Shown: piece by piece, positions 1 through 7,592 of the stretch | How the letters are laid out: every line of letters begins with the position of its first letter | How positions within the stretch are numbered: the first letter of the stretch is position 1 | NCBI GenBank assembly: GCA_046758745.1 | Contig: JBHIAV010000017.1 | Location: 1-50,994, forward strand | Direction of reading: 5' to 3' | Origin: Gemmatimonadota bacterium | Lineage (GTDB): Bacteria; Gemmatimonadota; Gemmatimonadetes; Palauibacterales; Palauibacteraceae | DNA: 50,994 bases | Made by a program: the position numbers and the translations under genes | The notes under the pieces: model-generated | Told to the model about the DNA's origin: nothing | What the model saw: the letters and a program-made list of their open reading frames with translations, nothing else | The model's database searches: none

Positions 1-449
1 ACCCCGTGGACATGGAGCAGCGGGAGGGCAGGGTGCACCGCTACAAGGGCCACGCCGTGAGAAAGAACCTCGCGGCGAAGTATGGGCTGGAGGGCGTGCG
101 GCGCGCGATGAACGGCGTGTCCCGGGCGCCGGACGGTGTGCGCCGGGCGATGGACGGACCCGGCGATCCGTGGGCGGCCCTGTTCGAGCTCGCCCGGGAG
201 GAGAGACCGCCCGGCTCGAACGACCTCATCCCGTACTGGCTGTTCCCGATCGAGGGCGGGGCGAAGGTGGAGTGGCGCGTGCTGTGCCTCCCGTTCAGCC
301 GCGAGGAGTCGGTGCTGCCGCTCCTCCAGCGGAGCCTCGCCATGTACCGGCTCGTGTTCGGACAGCCGCGTCAGGAGGACCTGCTGGAGTACATCCTCAC
401 CGCTCTCGAAGAGGAGGCGCGGGAGGAGTTCCTGGCGGCGGGCAGATCG
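1..449 (+). CDS. C-terminal end of an SF2 helicase-related protein (runs off the window at 5'; natural C-terminus apparently disrupted near 449, frame reads on to a stop at 617)
   Basis: PVDMEQREGRVHRYKGHAVRKN resembles helicase motif VI (QxxGRxxR) and is followed by YRLVFGQPRQEDLL. After EEFLAAG the frame becomes non-protein-like and overlaps the toxin frame. Confidence 0.7.
93..155 (+). repeat. In-frame 21-nt x3 degenerate tandem repeat (GVRRAMN/GVSRAPD/GVRRAMD)
   Basis: ggcgtgcggcgcgcgatgaac / ggcgtgtcccgggcgccggac / ggtgtgcgccgggcgatggac. Confidence 0.8.
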
Positions 450-721
450 AACGGTATTACCTCGACCCGGAGACGGAGTCTCCTCACATTTACAGACACG
501 GCATCTCGGAATCGGAGGTCGAGGAGGTCCTCAGCAGGCCTGCGGAGGATCGGCCCGGAAGAGAGGAATCGCGTGTTGCGATTGGGCAGACGAGCGTCGG
601 CCGATACCTCCGGGTAATCTACGTTCCGACGGCGGACGGAGCCTTCGTCGTTACGGCCTACGAGCTCCGAGGCAAGCCCCTGGTCGCGTTCAAGCGCAGG
701 AGACGCAAGCGAGGCACATGA
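443..721 (+). pseudogene. BrnT/DUF4258-like RelE-fold toxin, apparently lacking its start codon
   Basis: YYLDPETESPHIYRHGISESEVEEVL...AIGQTSVGRYLRVIY...FVVTAYEL. There is no in-frame ATG/GTG/TTG immediately upstream. The stop overlaps the ATG of the next gene (ATGA). Confidence 0.7.
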
Positions 722-921
722 GCGACAAACAGAGCAGGTTTCCGCCCGGCTGGGACGAGGAGCGTGTGCGCCGCTTGATCGCGCATTACGAGCAGCAGAG
801 CGAGGAGGAGGCCGTCGCTGAAGACGAGGCCGCCTTCGAGGATTCCACGCAGACGCTTATGGAGATTCCGAACGAGCTCGTGCCGGAGGTGCGCAAGCTT
901 CTGGCACGGAGCGGGCGCTGA
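718..921 (+). CDS. Small acidic putative antitoxin, partner of the BrnT-like toxin
   Basis: MSDKQSRFPPGWDEERVRRLIAHYEQQSEEEAVAEDEAAF..., 67 aa, GAGG RBS, translationally coupled to the toxin. Confidence 0.7.
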   Translation: MSDKQSRFPPGWDEERVRRLIAHYEQQSEEEAVAEDEAAFEDSTQTLMEIPNELVPEVRKLLARSGR

Positions 922-1930
922 TCTCCCGGTACCGGCAGAACGCGTTCGCCAGCTTCATCTGCGCTGGGGTCCGGCAATCCGGAACGAAGACCGCCGGGCT
1001 CGCTACGACGACCGTGAGGCACCGCGCCCGTGACGTGGCCACGTTGAGACGGTTCGGGCTGTAGAGGAAGTCCATGCCGCGCGGCGCGTCGCCCGCGCTC
1101 GAAGTGGTCATCGAGTAGATGACGATCGCCGCCTCCTGCCCCTGAAACTTATCCACCGTCCCGACCCGTGCCCCTGCCGGGAGGGCTTCGAGAAGGGCGG
1201 ACACCTGGGCGTTGTAGGGCGCCACGACGAGGATGTCCCCGATCGTGAGGCGCTTCTCATTTCCATCCATATCGACCCAGGTCGCGCGCGACGACAGCGC
1301 CGACTCGACGAGCCGGACTACTTCCTGCACCTCCTCGTGGGACTCGCTCTGGTTCCCGGCGTGCTCGACAGTAACGAGCCGCAGGCCGCTCCCGTTCAGG
1401 GGCTCGGGACCGTGGACGACCTGGCGCTCGAGGCCGAGCTCGGACTCGAGCCTGTCGCGGTAGAAGATCTCCGACGTGAACGCGCAGATCTCGGGGTGCA
1501 GGCGCCAGGTGCGGTCGAGGAAGAGCCCCCGGTCGGGTGACACGGTGGCCTCGTCTCCCAGGAGGTGGTCGAGCGCTGAAACGTCCGCGCCGGGCGGATG
1601 GATGCCCTGCTGTGGCTGCTCGAGCTGCCGGGGGTCGCCGAGGAGAACGAGGCTTCCGGCGGCCTGCGACACGGCGAGGGCGTTGGCGAGCGAGAGCTGA
1701 CCGGCCTCGTCGACGAACAGGACGTCCACCGAGCCCGCCATCTCCTCGCGGCTCCACAGCCAAGCCGTCCCGGCGGCGAGCCGGATCTCCCCCGAGGCCA
1801 GCGCATCCCGCACGGCGGCGTTGTCCGTCGTCGCCTCGATCTCCGCGGAACGGCAGCGCTCATCCTCCTTGGCCTTCTGGATCCCCTGGATGTCAATGCT
1901 CTTCTCGCGAGCCTCGCATCCCGAAAGCCA
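920..1930 (-). pseudogene. C-terminal SF1 (DNA2/NAM7-like) helicase portion of a TM0106/RecB-like nuclease-helicase; N-terminally truncated
   Basis: Walker B LFVDEAGQ, LLGDPRQL, VVAPYNAQV, TVDKFQGQE and RLNVATSRAR are present, but there is no Walker A or nuclease domain. The frame reads into the antisense of the antitoxin and stops at 857. Confidence 0.8.
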
Positions 1931-2284
1931 CGAGCCCGCGCGGCGTACGACCCGGTGACGCCCCTGCGGGACGAACTCAGTCTGCCTGCCCCGGACCCTA
2001 TGACAATCAGTGAGGCACCGCTTCCTCGGCCGCAAGGGCTGTGGCGCGCCCCCTCATTGTCGGATGAACCGCCTACACCTCATGTTGCGGCGGGTCCGAG
2101 CCCGCTGTCCCGTCAATCACACTCCCGGGCCTGCTTCCCTCCCGTGCCCGTTGTGGAGCCTGCCCACCTGGTGATCCCCCGTTGAGACGCGACCGCCATC
2201 AGTGTCCGGCTGAACGTTCCAACGCGGAAAGGGGGGTCGGGTTGAGGCTGCCGGACGGTGCGGAACACGACTGGACTGGCCCGG

Positions 2285-2317
2285 TACTTGCAAATGCAAG
2301 TAGACCGGCATTAGCCT
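2285..2317 (+). promoter_or_regulatory. Promoter/operator of the Xre-RES module
   Basis: Perfect inverted repeat TACTTGCA-aa-TGCAAGTA (2285-2302) overlapping TTGCAA (2288-2293), 18 bp before TAGCCT (2312-2317). Confidence 0.6.
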
Positions 2318-2346
2318 TGTACGGGATCGAGACGTCAGGAGGCGCC

Positions 2347-2694
2347 ATGGCCGTGCTCGCGAGACAGCTCCGCGCTCTGGAGGATGCGCACGATCGCTTG
2401 GGTCTGAGCTACCGGAACCTGTCCGATGTCCTTCGGGCCGATGAGAGCACGCTGCACCGGTGGCGCAGCGGCACCTCGGAGCCGTCGCCGGCGTTCCTTG
2501 ATCGGCTGGAAGCGCTGGGGGAGTTCCTTGAGCAGCTTCGGGCGACATTTCGCTCCGATGACGCCGCCCGGACCTGGCTGGACCGGGAGGTCCCGGAGTT
2601 GGGTGGCGGGACGCCCCGGAAGCAACTGCTGGCCGGTCGTGTGGAGCGGCTTACCGCGATTCTTCTCGGCCTGAACGTGGGCGTCACGACCTGA
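2347..2694 (+). CDS. Xre/MbcA/ParS-type antitoxin (N-terminal HTH plus DUF2384-like C-terminus)
   Basis: AGGAGG RBS; HTH LSDVLRADESTLHRWRSG; C-terminal AARTWLDREVPELGGGTPRKQL. Confidence 0.85.
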   Translation: MAVLARQLRALEDAHDRLGLSYRNLSDVLRADESTLHRWRSGTSEPSPAFLDRLEALGEFLEQLRATFRSDDAARTWLDREVPELGGGTPRKQLLAGRVERLTAILLGLNVGVTT

Positions 2695-3065
2695 GCTCGA
2701 GGGGCGCTCGCGGAGGTGACGCTTTCCAGGGCATCGCCTATCGGCACTCCGCGCCCGCTTTCGCCGAACTTGGACCCGAGCTGGTTGAAGGTAGTCGCAG
2801 GTCGGGAGGCCGGTTCAACCCGCGCGGAGAGTTTGGTGCCCTCTACCTCAGCCTCGACTCGGAGACGGTCCGCGCCGAGCTGAAACGGACCGCCGCCCGG
2901 GCCGGCATCCCGTTGCAGGAGCTGCTCCCGCGGAGCCTGCTCGTGGTCAGCGTTGAGCTCAGCCGCGTGCTCGACCTCTCCGATCCCGAGGAGCAGCGGC
3001 GGTGGGGGCTCGACGGTGAGCTGCTCGCTGGAGAGGACTACACCGCCTGCCAGGACGCGGGCCGG
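2691..3065 (+). pseudogene. RES-domain toxin with probable CTG start; 3'-truncated
   Basis: CTGA overlap with the antitoxin stop. Reads AYRH...GGRFNPRGEFGALYLSLDSETVRAEL...VLDLSD...DYTACQDAG and then loses RES similarity; the conserved 'PS' serine motif is missing. Confidence 0.75.
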
Positions 3066-3175
3066 GGGGACATCCGCCGGGAGGGTCGGGCCTGGAGCGG
3101 CGAGCAGTTCCCTGCGCGGTGGAAGCTGACACGGGAGAAGCGCGAGCTGGTGCGGGGGAGCTGTTCTGGGACAAG
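3066..3175 (+). pseudogene. Frameshifted fragment of a small conserved hypothetical protein
   Basis: DIRREGRAWSGEQFPARWKLTREKRELVRG/ELFWD resembles a family recalled as WDIRREGRxW...TPEKFE..xGKLFW; recollection only, not verified. Confidence 0.35.
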
Positions 3176-3187
3176 CCTCGGCGTTCG

Positions 3188-3637
3188 TCAGCCCGCGCCG
3201 TCGAGCGGGACCGACTCCGGCGGATGGAGGAAGGGGTCGAGGATCTGGACCCCCCCCGCACGCTGCCCGTCCTGGAGGTCTTCTGTGAGCAGATGGCTGC
3301 ATCCGGTCCGGCGCGCGGCGGCGACGATGAGAGCGTCCCAGAAGGCGAACCCTGCCTCGTCCTGGATCGCCCACGCTTCCTCGGCCAGAGCGCCGTCGAG
3401 GGGCAGGGGCCGCCACGCGAGGAGAGCCCGAATATCCCGCCGGGCCACATCGGGATCCAGCCCGGGATCGAGCTTCGCCGTGACGATGACGTAGTACTCG
3501 TGGAGGACCTGCGCGCTCAGCCGGCCCTGACGGGACCGCCACAGCACCTCGAGCCAGCGGGAGGCCGCGCGCTGCTTCTCGGGCTCGGAGCTGTCCCGGG
3601 CGTAGACGAAGACGTTCGTGTCAACGAAGAGGGTCAC
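3188..3637 (-). CDS. vapC: PIN-domain VapC toxin
   Basis: LFVDTNVFVYA, SAQVLHEYY, FWDALIVAAA, LLTEDL (acidic PIN residues). Confidence 0.92.
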   Translation of the reverse strand: MTLFVDTNVFVYARDSSEPEKQRAASRWLEVLWRSRQGRLSAQVLHEYYVIVTAKLDPGLDPDVARRDIRALLAWRPLPLDGALAEEAWAIQDEAGFAFWDALIVAAARRTGCSHLLTEDLQDGQRAGGVQILDPFLHPPESVPLDGAG

Positions 3638-3869
3638 GCTCGTGCACTTCCTCGCGCGTGGGATAGCGGCCCTTCCGTTTCAGGAGGCGGGGTCTCCGGC
3701 CGAGGTACTCCCGCATGGCCGACTCGTAACTCTGCTCCCGGCGCATGTGCTCGCGAAGCAGCTCGCCGACCAGCTGGGAGACACTGGTGTCGCGCCGGGC
3801 CGCCTCGACCCGGGCCCAGCGGGCCGTCTCCTCGTCGAGGGTGATCGTGACGTTGCGCTTGCTCGCCAT
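3621..3869 (-). CDS. vapB: RHH/CopG-like VapB antitoxin
   Basis: KRNVTITLDEETARWARVEAARRDTSVSQLVGELL...YPTREEVHER; overlaps the vapC start. Confidence 0.88.
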   Translation of the reverse strand: MASKRNVTITLDEETARWARVEAARRDTSVSQLVGELLREHMRREQSYESAMREYLGRRPRLLKRKGRYPTREEVHERDPLR

Positions 3870-3875
3870 GCCACT

Positions 3876-3904
3876 AATCTCGTGCCACACGGATACCGTG
3901 TCAA
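3876..3904 (-). promoter_or_regulatory. Probably leaderless promoter with palindromic operator for vapBC
   Basis: Minus strand reads TTGACA-17 bp-GAGATT, then 6 nt to ATG. Inverted repeat ACACGG-tat-CCGTGT overlaps the -35. Confidence 0.6.
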
Positions 3905-3930
3905 CCTGGGAACGCGGGTGTGCGGGCCCT

Positions 3931-4011
3931 CAGGTCCGCGTGCGCTACTCCCGATGCATCGCCGGGTGGTTCCGGGAGCGGGGCGAGGGCCAGGAGTCGG
4001 GAGGGTCGGTC
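3931..4011 (+). pseudogene. Possible fragment of the WCX domain of a WYL-family regulator
   Basis: QVRVRYSRCIAGWFRERGEGQESGGSV resembles the WCX pattern VRYSxxxARWxxER...DGSV. Confidence 0.35.
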
Positions 4012-4023
4012 CCGGGCCGGCGG

Positions 4024-4416
4024 TCAGAGGTCGAGCATCAACCGGAGGGAGTCGTCGACCTCGGCGATCCTCGCGTCGTTCACCACCCTGGCGAGGCGCT
4101 GGCGCGCCCGCTCACGAGCGTCTACCGTCACGAGCTGGTCCGTCTGGACCCAGCTGCGCCTGGGCTTCCAACGCTTCGCTGCGACCCGGAGGTCGGAGGG
4201 CTCCAGGCACACGCGCCACGCGAAGGTCGAGCGCTCGGTGGTCGTCAGAGGGCAGAGGATCGCGGTTCCGAAGGCGGAGCGATTCAGGGCGTCGGTCGAG
4301 ACGATGAGGCAGGGGCGGATGCCCTTCTGCTCGCGTCCCCTGCGGGGGCGGAGATCGAACTCCCAGATCTCTCCCCGCAGCGGACGCGGTTGCCCGGTGC
4401 TCGCTCTCTCCCCCAC
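4024..4416 (-). CDS. mazF: PemK/MazF family endoribonuclease toxin
   Basis: RGEIWEFDL.P..GREQKGIRPCLIVS.D.LN...AILCPLTT; VQTDQLVTVD. Confidence 0.92.
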   Translation of the reverse strand: MGERASTGQPRPLRGEIWEFDLRPRRGREQKGIRPCLIVSTDALNRSAFGTAILCPLTTTERSTFAWRVCLEPSDLRVAAKRWKPRRSWVQTDQLVTVDARERARQRLARVVNDARIAEVDDSLRLMLDL

Positions 4417-4417
4417 G

Positions 4418-4666
4418 TCAGTCCCGGTCCGCGAAGGAGGAGAGGAGATCCTCGCGTTCCTCGAGATCTTCCCGGTTGAGCTCCGCCGCGGCCCGATCGA
4501 ACATCTCGCGGAGCCGCTCCTGGCGCTCCCTTCTCATCTGCCGCTCGAGAAGGTCGCGGACGAACTCCGCCCGGCTGCCGTTCTGCGGCAGGTGGCGATC
4601 GATCCAGTTCGCCATCTCTTCGTCGATCCTGACGCTGACTTGACTCGACTTCGAGCTCGCCGCCAT
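4418..4666 (-). CDS. Ribbon-helix-helix antitoxin of the MazF module
   Basis: QVSVRIDEEMANWID...SRAEFVRDLL with an acidic C-terminus; 1 nt upstream of mazF. Confidence 0.85.
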   Translation of the reverse strand: MAASSKSSQVSVRIDEEMANWIDRHLPQNGSRAEFVRDLLERQMRRERQERLREMFDRAAAELNREDLEEREDLLSSFADRD

Positions 4667-4752
4667 AGCTTCTCTCCCAGCATGCGGTACGGTATCAATA
4701 AGATATCAAAGATGCATGCAGGGGGCCAGGACGGTGGGGAAACGGGAGTGCA

Positions 4753-4809
4753 CCCGCCCCGAGCCGACGCTAGACGATCCCCCCACGCCGCGCTCTTCGC
4801 CCATTCCGC
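4753..4809 (-). repeat. Displaced direct-repeat copy of the nmrA 3' end and downstream flank (partner at 14785-14843)
   Basis: cccgccccgagccgacgctagacgat-cccccc-acgccgcgctcttcgcccattc vs cccgcccggaggcgacgctagacgacca-cccccc-acgccgcgctcttcgcccattc; the minus strand encodes AEWAKSAAWG in both copies. Confidence 0.9.
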
Positions 4810-4823
4810 CGGTTGGCGTTCCG

Positions 4824-4859
4824 TTGACAGATATCTGTATCAATTATATGTATGTATGC
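4824..4859 (+). promoter_or_regulatory. Promoter/operator of the second vapBC, probably leaderless
   Basis: TTGACA (4824-4829) overlapped by the perfect palindrome ACAGATATCTGT (4827-4838); AT-rich tract up to ATG at 4860; no SD sequence. Confidence 0.6.
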
Positions 4860-5099
4860 ATGCGTACGACGCTCAACCTCGACGATGATCTGATGCGTGC
4901 CGTCAAGCGCCGCGCTGCGCAGACCGGCCGAACGATCACCTCGATCATCGAGACGGCCCTCCGGGAGCTGCTGCGCCGGGAGGAGGATACCCGGCACCCG
5001 TACCGGCTGGATTGGACGGTCGTGGAGGGCGGGACGCAGCGGGGCGTGGATCTGACCGACCGGGACGCCCTGATCGATCGCATGGAAGGACGCGGGTGA
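4860..5099 (+). CDS. vapB: VapB antitoxin (MRTTL-type RHH)
   Basis: MRTTLNLDDDLMRAVKRRAAQTGRTITSIIETALRE...GVDLTDRDALIDRME. Confidence 0.9.
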   Translation: MRTTLNLDDDLMRAVKRRAAQTGRTITSIIETALRELLRREEDTRHPYRLDWTVVEGGTQRGVDLTDRDALIDRMEGRG

Positions 5100-5121
5100 T
5101 CGGTCGCGGGGACGCGAGCGG

Positions 5122-5562
5122 GTGATCGCGGTCGACACCAACGTCCTCGTCTTCGCCCACCGCGCCGGGCTGCCCGGTCACGAGCGGGCGCTGGCCTGGC
5201 TGCGCCACCTCGCGGAGGGAAACGTGCCGTGGGGGATTCCGGTGTTCTGTCTCGGCGAGTTCGTCCGGGTGACGACCCACCCTCGGGTTCTCGATCCGCC
5301 ATCCACCCTGGACGAGGCGCTGGCGGCGCTGGATGGGCTTCTGAAATGTCCCACGGTGCGGGTGCTGAACCCGGGCCCGAGCTACCCGGCTCTGTTCGGG
5401 GAGGCGCTGCGCCGGGGGGACGCCCGGGGCAACCTGGCCTTCGATGCCCAGATCAATGCGGTGTGCCGGGAACAGGGGGCCTCGCGGCTCCTCACCCTCG
5501 ATCGGGACTTCGCCAGGTTCCCGGGCGTTGGGATCGTGACGCTCGAGGAGCCGCCGCCGTAA
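5122..5562 (+). CDS. vapC: PIN-domain VapC toxin
   Basis: MIAVDTNVLVFAH, EFVRVTTHPRV, GNLAFDAQI, LLTLDRDFARF. Confidence 0.93.
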   Translation: MIAVDTNVLVFAHRAGLPGHERALAWLRHLAEGNVPWGIPVFCLGEFVRVTTHPRVLDPPSTLDEALAALDGLLKCPTVRVLNPGPSYPALFGEALRRGDARGNLAFDAQINAVCREQGASRLLTLDRDFARFPGVGIVTLEEPPP

Positions 5563-5606
5563 GCCTATCCGCGCGCTTCCGAGGCCCCGCTACGCCGGCG
5601 GCCCCC

Positions 5607-5646
5607 TTGCTGAACAGGCGCACTTTCTGTACAATATTTATGTACA
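5607..5646 (+). promoter_or_regulatory. yefM-yoeB promoter with twin TGTACA operator
   Basis: TTGCTG-17 bp-TACAAT; TGTACA at 5628-5633 and 5641-5646, the hexamer core known from the E. coli yefM-yoeB operator. Confidence 0.8.
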
Positions 5647-5669
5647 AGTGCGACGCCAAGGAGTTCAGA

Positions 5670-5948
5670 ATGTCGACGGAAGTCTCTTACAGCTATGCTC
5701 GCCAGAATCTGGCCCAAATCCTAAACGAGGCCGAGGACACCCAGGAGCCTGTCATCATCAAGCGCCGGAACCACCAGGACGTGGCTCTTATTCCGGCTGC
5801 CGAACTCCGCAGCCTGGAGGAGACCGCCCATCTGCTGCGATCTCCCAAGAACGCGCGGCGTCTCCTGGCTGCCCTTCAGCGTGCCCTTGAGGACTCGGTC
5901 CAGCCGCAGACGACCGACGCGCTGAGAACAGAGCTTGGCCTCGCCTAG
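5670..5948 (+). CDS. yefM: Phd/YefM antitoxin
   Basis: VSYSYARQNLAQIL..A.DTQEPVIIKRR...LEETAHLLRSPKNARRLL. Confidence 0.93.
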   Translation: MSTEVSYSYARQNLAQILNEAEDTQEPVIIKRRNHQDVALIPAAELRSLEETAHLLRSPKNARRLLAALQRALEDSVQPQTTDALRTELGLA

Positions 5949-6231
5949 GGCCTCTCAATCGAGGAGGTCCCAGCCGCGTCTCTCCGTATTCCAAGCCGAA
6001 TTCCGGGAAGATCTCCGCCACTGGGTTGCCACCGACCGAAGGGTTGCACTGCGCATCCTTGATCTGGTGGAGGCTGTCATGCGCGATCCCGTTGCCGGAA
6101 TCGGAAAGCCGGAGGGGCTCAGACATCTTGGCGCCAATATCTGGTCGCGCCGCATTACGCAGGAGCACCGACTCGTTTACCTGGTCCGGGATGAGCGGAT
6201 AGACTTCCTGATGTGTCGCTATCACTACTGA
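5935..6231 (+). CDS. yoeB: Txe/YoeB toxin
   Basis: FREDLRHW...GIGKPEGLRH..NIWSRRITQEHRLVY...CRYHY; TTG start overlapping yefM. Confidence 0.95.
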   Translation: MASPRASQSRRSQPRLSVFQAEFREDLRHWVATDRRVALRILDLVEAVMRDPVAGIGKPEGLRHLGANIWSRRITQEHRLVYLVRDERIDFLMCRYHY

Positions 6232-6480
6232 GCCGATGGGTTTTGTCAGCTCCTTCCTTCGCAATGTCGGCTGGCGCATGACTCCTTGCCGGGCGCAACC
6301 CGTCCGTACGACTGCCGCGTTCCGGTGGGCGCAGCCGGCTGCCATCGACGATGCCGGTCTCTCTGCCCCGCCTCCGGCTGCGGGTTCATTCCCCGATGAT
6401 GCCGCTCCGTATCGTGGCGTCTCCGGCGGCGGTACATTTTCCCAGTGCCGGTGCTGCGGGCGGATTCGAGAGAGGTGCAA

Positions 6481-7050
6481 ATGGTGGCACAGCCGGAGCG
6501 GGCCGGCGGACCCCTTCTCTCGCTGGAGGATTTCGCGCGGCTGCCCGAGGAGGATGCCTTCCGCGTGGAGCTCTCACGCGGCCGGCTGGTGCGAGAGCCG
6601 CGGCCCGGTGCCGAGCACGGCTGGCTTACCGGGCGGCTGGTCCTGTTGCTCGGCTCGTACGCTCGCGAACATCATCTCGGCCTGGTGGTGACCGAGACCG
6701 GCTTCATCCTCGGCGAGCATCCGTCCACGGTGCGCGGTCCTGACGCGGCGTTCATCGCAGCCGGCCGTCTCCCGCCGGAAGGAATTCCCATCGGCTTCTG
6801 GCCGATGGCTCCGAACCTGGCCGTCGAGGTCGTCTCGCCCTCGGACACGGCGGCCGAGATCCAGGAGAAGGTGCTGGAGTACCTGGAGGCGGGGACGGAG
6901 CTCGTGTGGGTGGTCCAAGCCAGTTCCCGGAGCGTGACCGTATGGCATCCGTCCCGGGAGGCCCGGGTGTTCGGGGAGGGGGAGGTCCTGGATGCGGGGG
7001 ACGTGCTTCCCGGGTTCGAGTTGGAGGTGGCGGAGATCTTCCGCCGCTGA
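6481..7050 (+). CDS. Uma2 (DUF820) PD-(D/E)XK endonuclease-like protein, copy A
   Basis: ELSRGRLV, H-GW, VRGPDAAF, PNLAVEVVSPSD, KVLEYLEAGTELVWVV, LPGFELEV. Confidence 0.92.
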   Translation: MVAQPERAGGPLLSLEDFARLPEEDAFRVELSRGRLVREPRPGAEHGWLTGRLVLLLGSYAREHHLGLVVTETGFILGEHPSTVRGPDAAFIAAGRLPPEGIPIGFWPMAPNLAVEVVSPSDTAAEIQEKVLEYLEAGTELVWVVQASSRSVTVWHPSREARVFGEGEVLDAGDVLPGFELEVAEIFRR

Positions 7051-7138
7051 GCCTGGCCCTCTCCGCGGGGGGTTCCCGATCTAGCCAAGCGGCCGTCGAT
7101 CGCGGTGAGCGACGCGCCCCTCATCGGAGCGGCTTCTC

Positions 7139-7513
7139 TCACTCCTCCGGCTCGGGCTCCCTTCGCAGCCCCTTGCGCTCGGAACGCCGCCGCTTCTCCT
7201 CGAGGCGCCGCCGCTTCAGGCGCTCGGGCACCTTGGTGGGGATCCGGGGCGTCTCGGGACGGGCGCGCTCTTCGAGGGCGGCGCGCAGGCGGGCGAGCGC
7301 GACCTTCCGGTTCCGGTGCTGGCTGCGCGATTCGCGCGCGCTGACGGAGATTCCGCTCGGCAGGTGGGTGAGGCGAACGCCCGACTCGGTCTTGTTCTGA
7401 TGCTGGCCTCCGGGTCCGCCGGCGCGGAATGTCTCCACCCGGCACTCCGCGAGGAGCGCGTCGTCGTCGGCCGGCAGCTCGTAGTCCGGCGGCGGGTCAG
7501 GCTCGGGGCTCAT
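7139..7513 (-). CDS. arfB: Alternative ribosome rescue factor B-like peptidyl-tRNA hydrolase (RF-1 domain)
   Basis: FRAGGPGGQHQNKTESGVRLTH, RSQHRNR, basic C-terminal tail. Confidence 0.85.
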   Translation of the reverse strand: MSPEPDPPPDYELPADDDALLAECRVETFRAGGPGGQHQNKTESGVRLTHLPSGISVSARESRSQHRNRKVALARLRAALEERARPETPRIPTKVPERLKRRRLEEKRRRSERKGLRREPEPEE

Positions 7514-7592
7514 ACCGAACGATAAGCCTCCCGCCACGGGTTCGCGCCCCGCCGGTTGCCGTGGCCCCCGGAACCGCGCGATTTTCCCTCTC

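Noticed and set aside
440-7100. Integron cassette array explaining the TA cluster
   Set aside because: No repeated attC-like RYYYAAC/GTTRRRY boundaries, mixed gene orientations and no intI in the window.
7075-7125. Minus-strand GASLTAIDGRLARSG as another PIN C-terminal scrap
   Set aside because: Too short to distinguish from chance.
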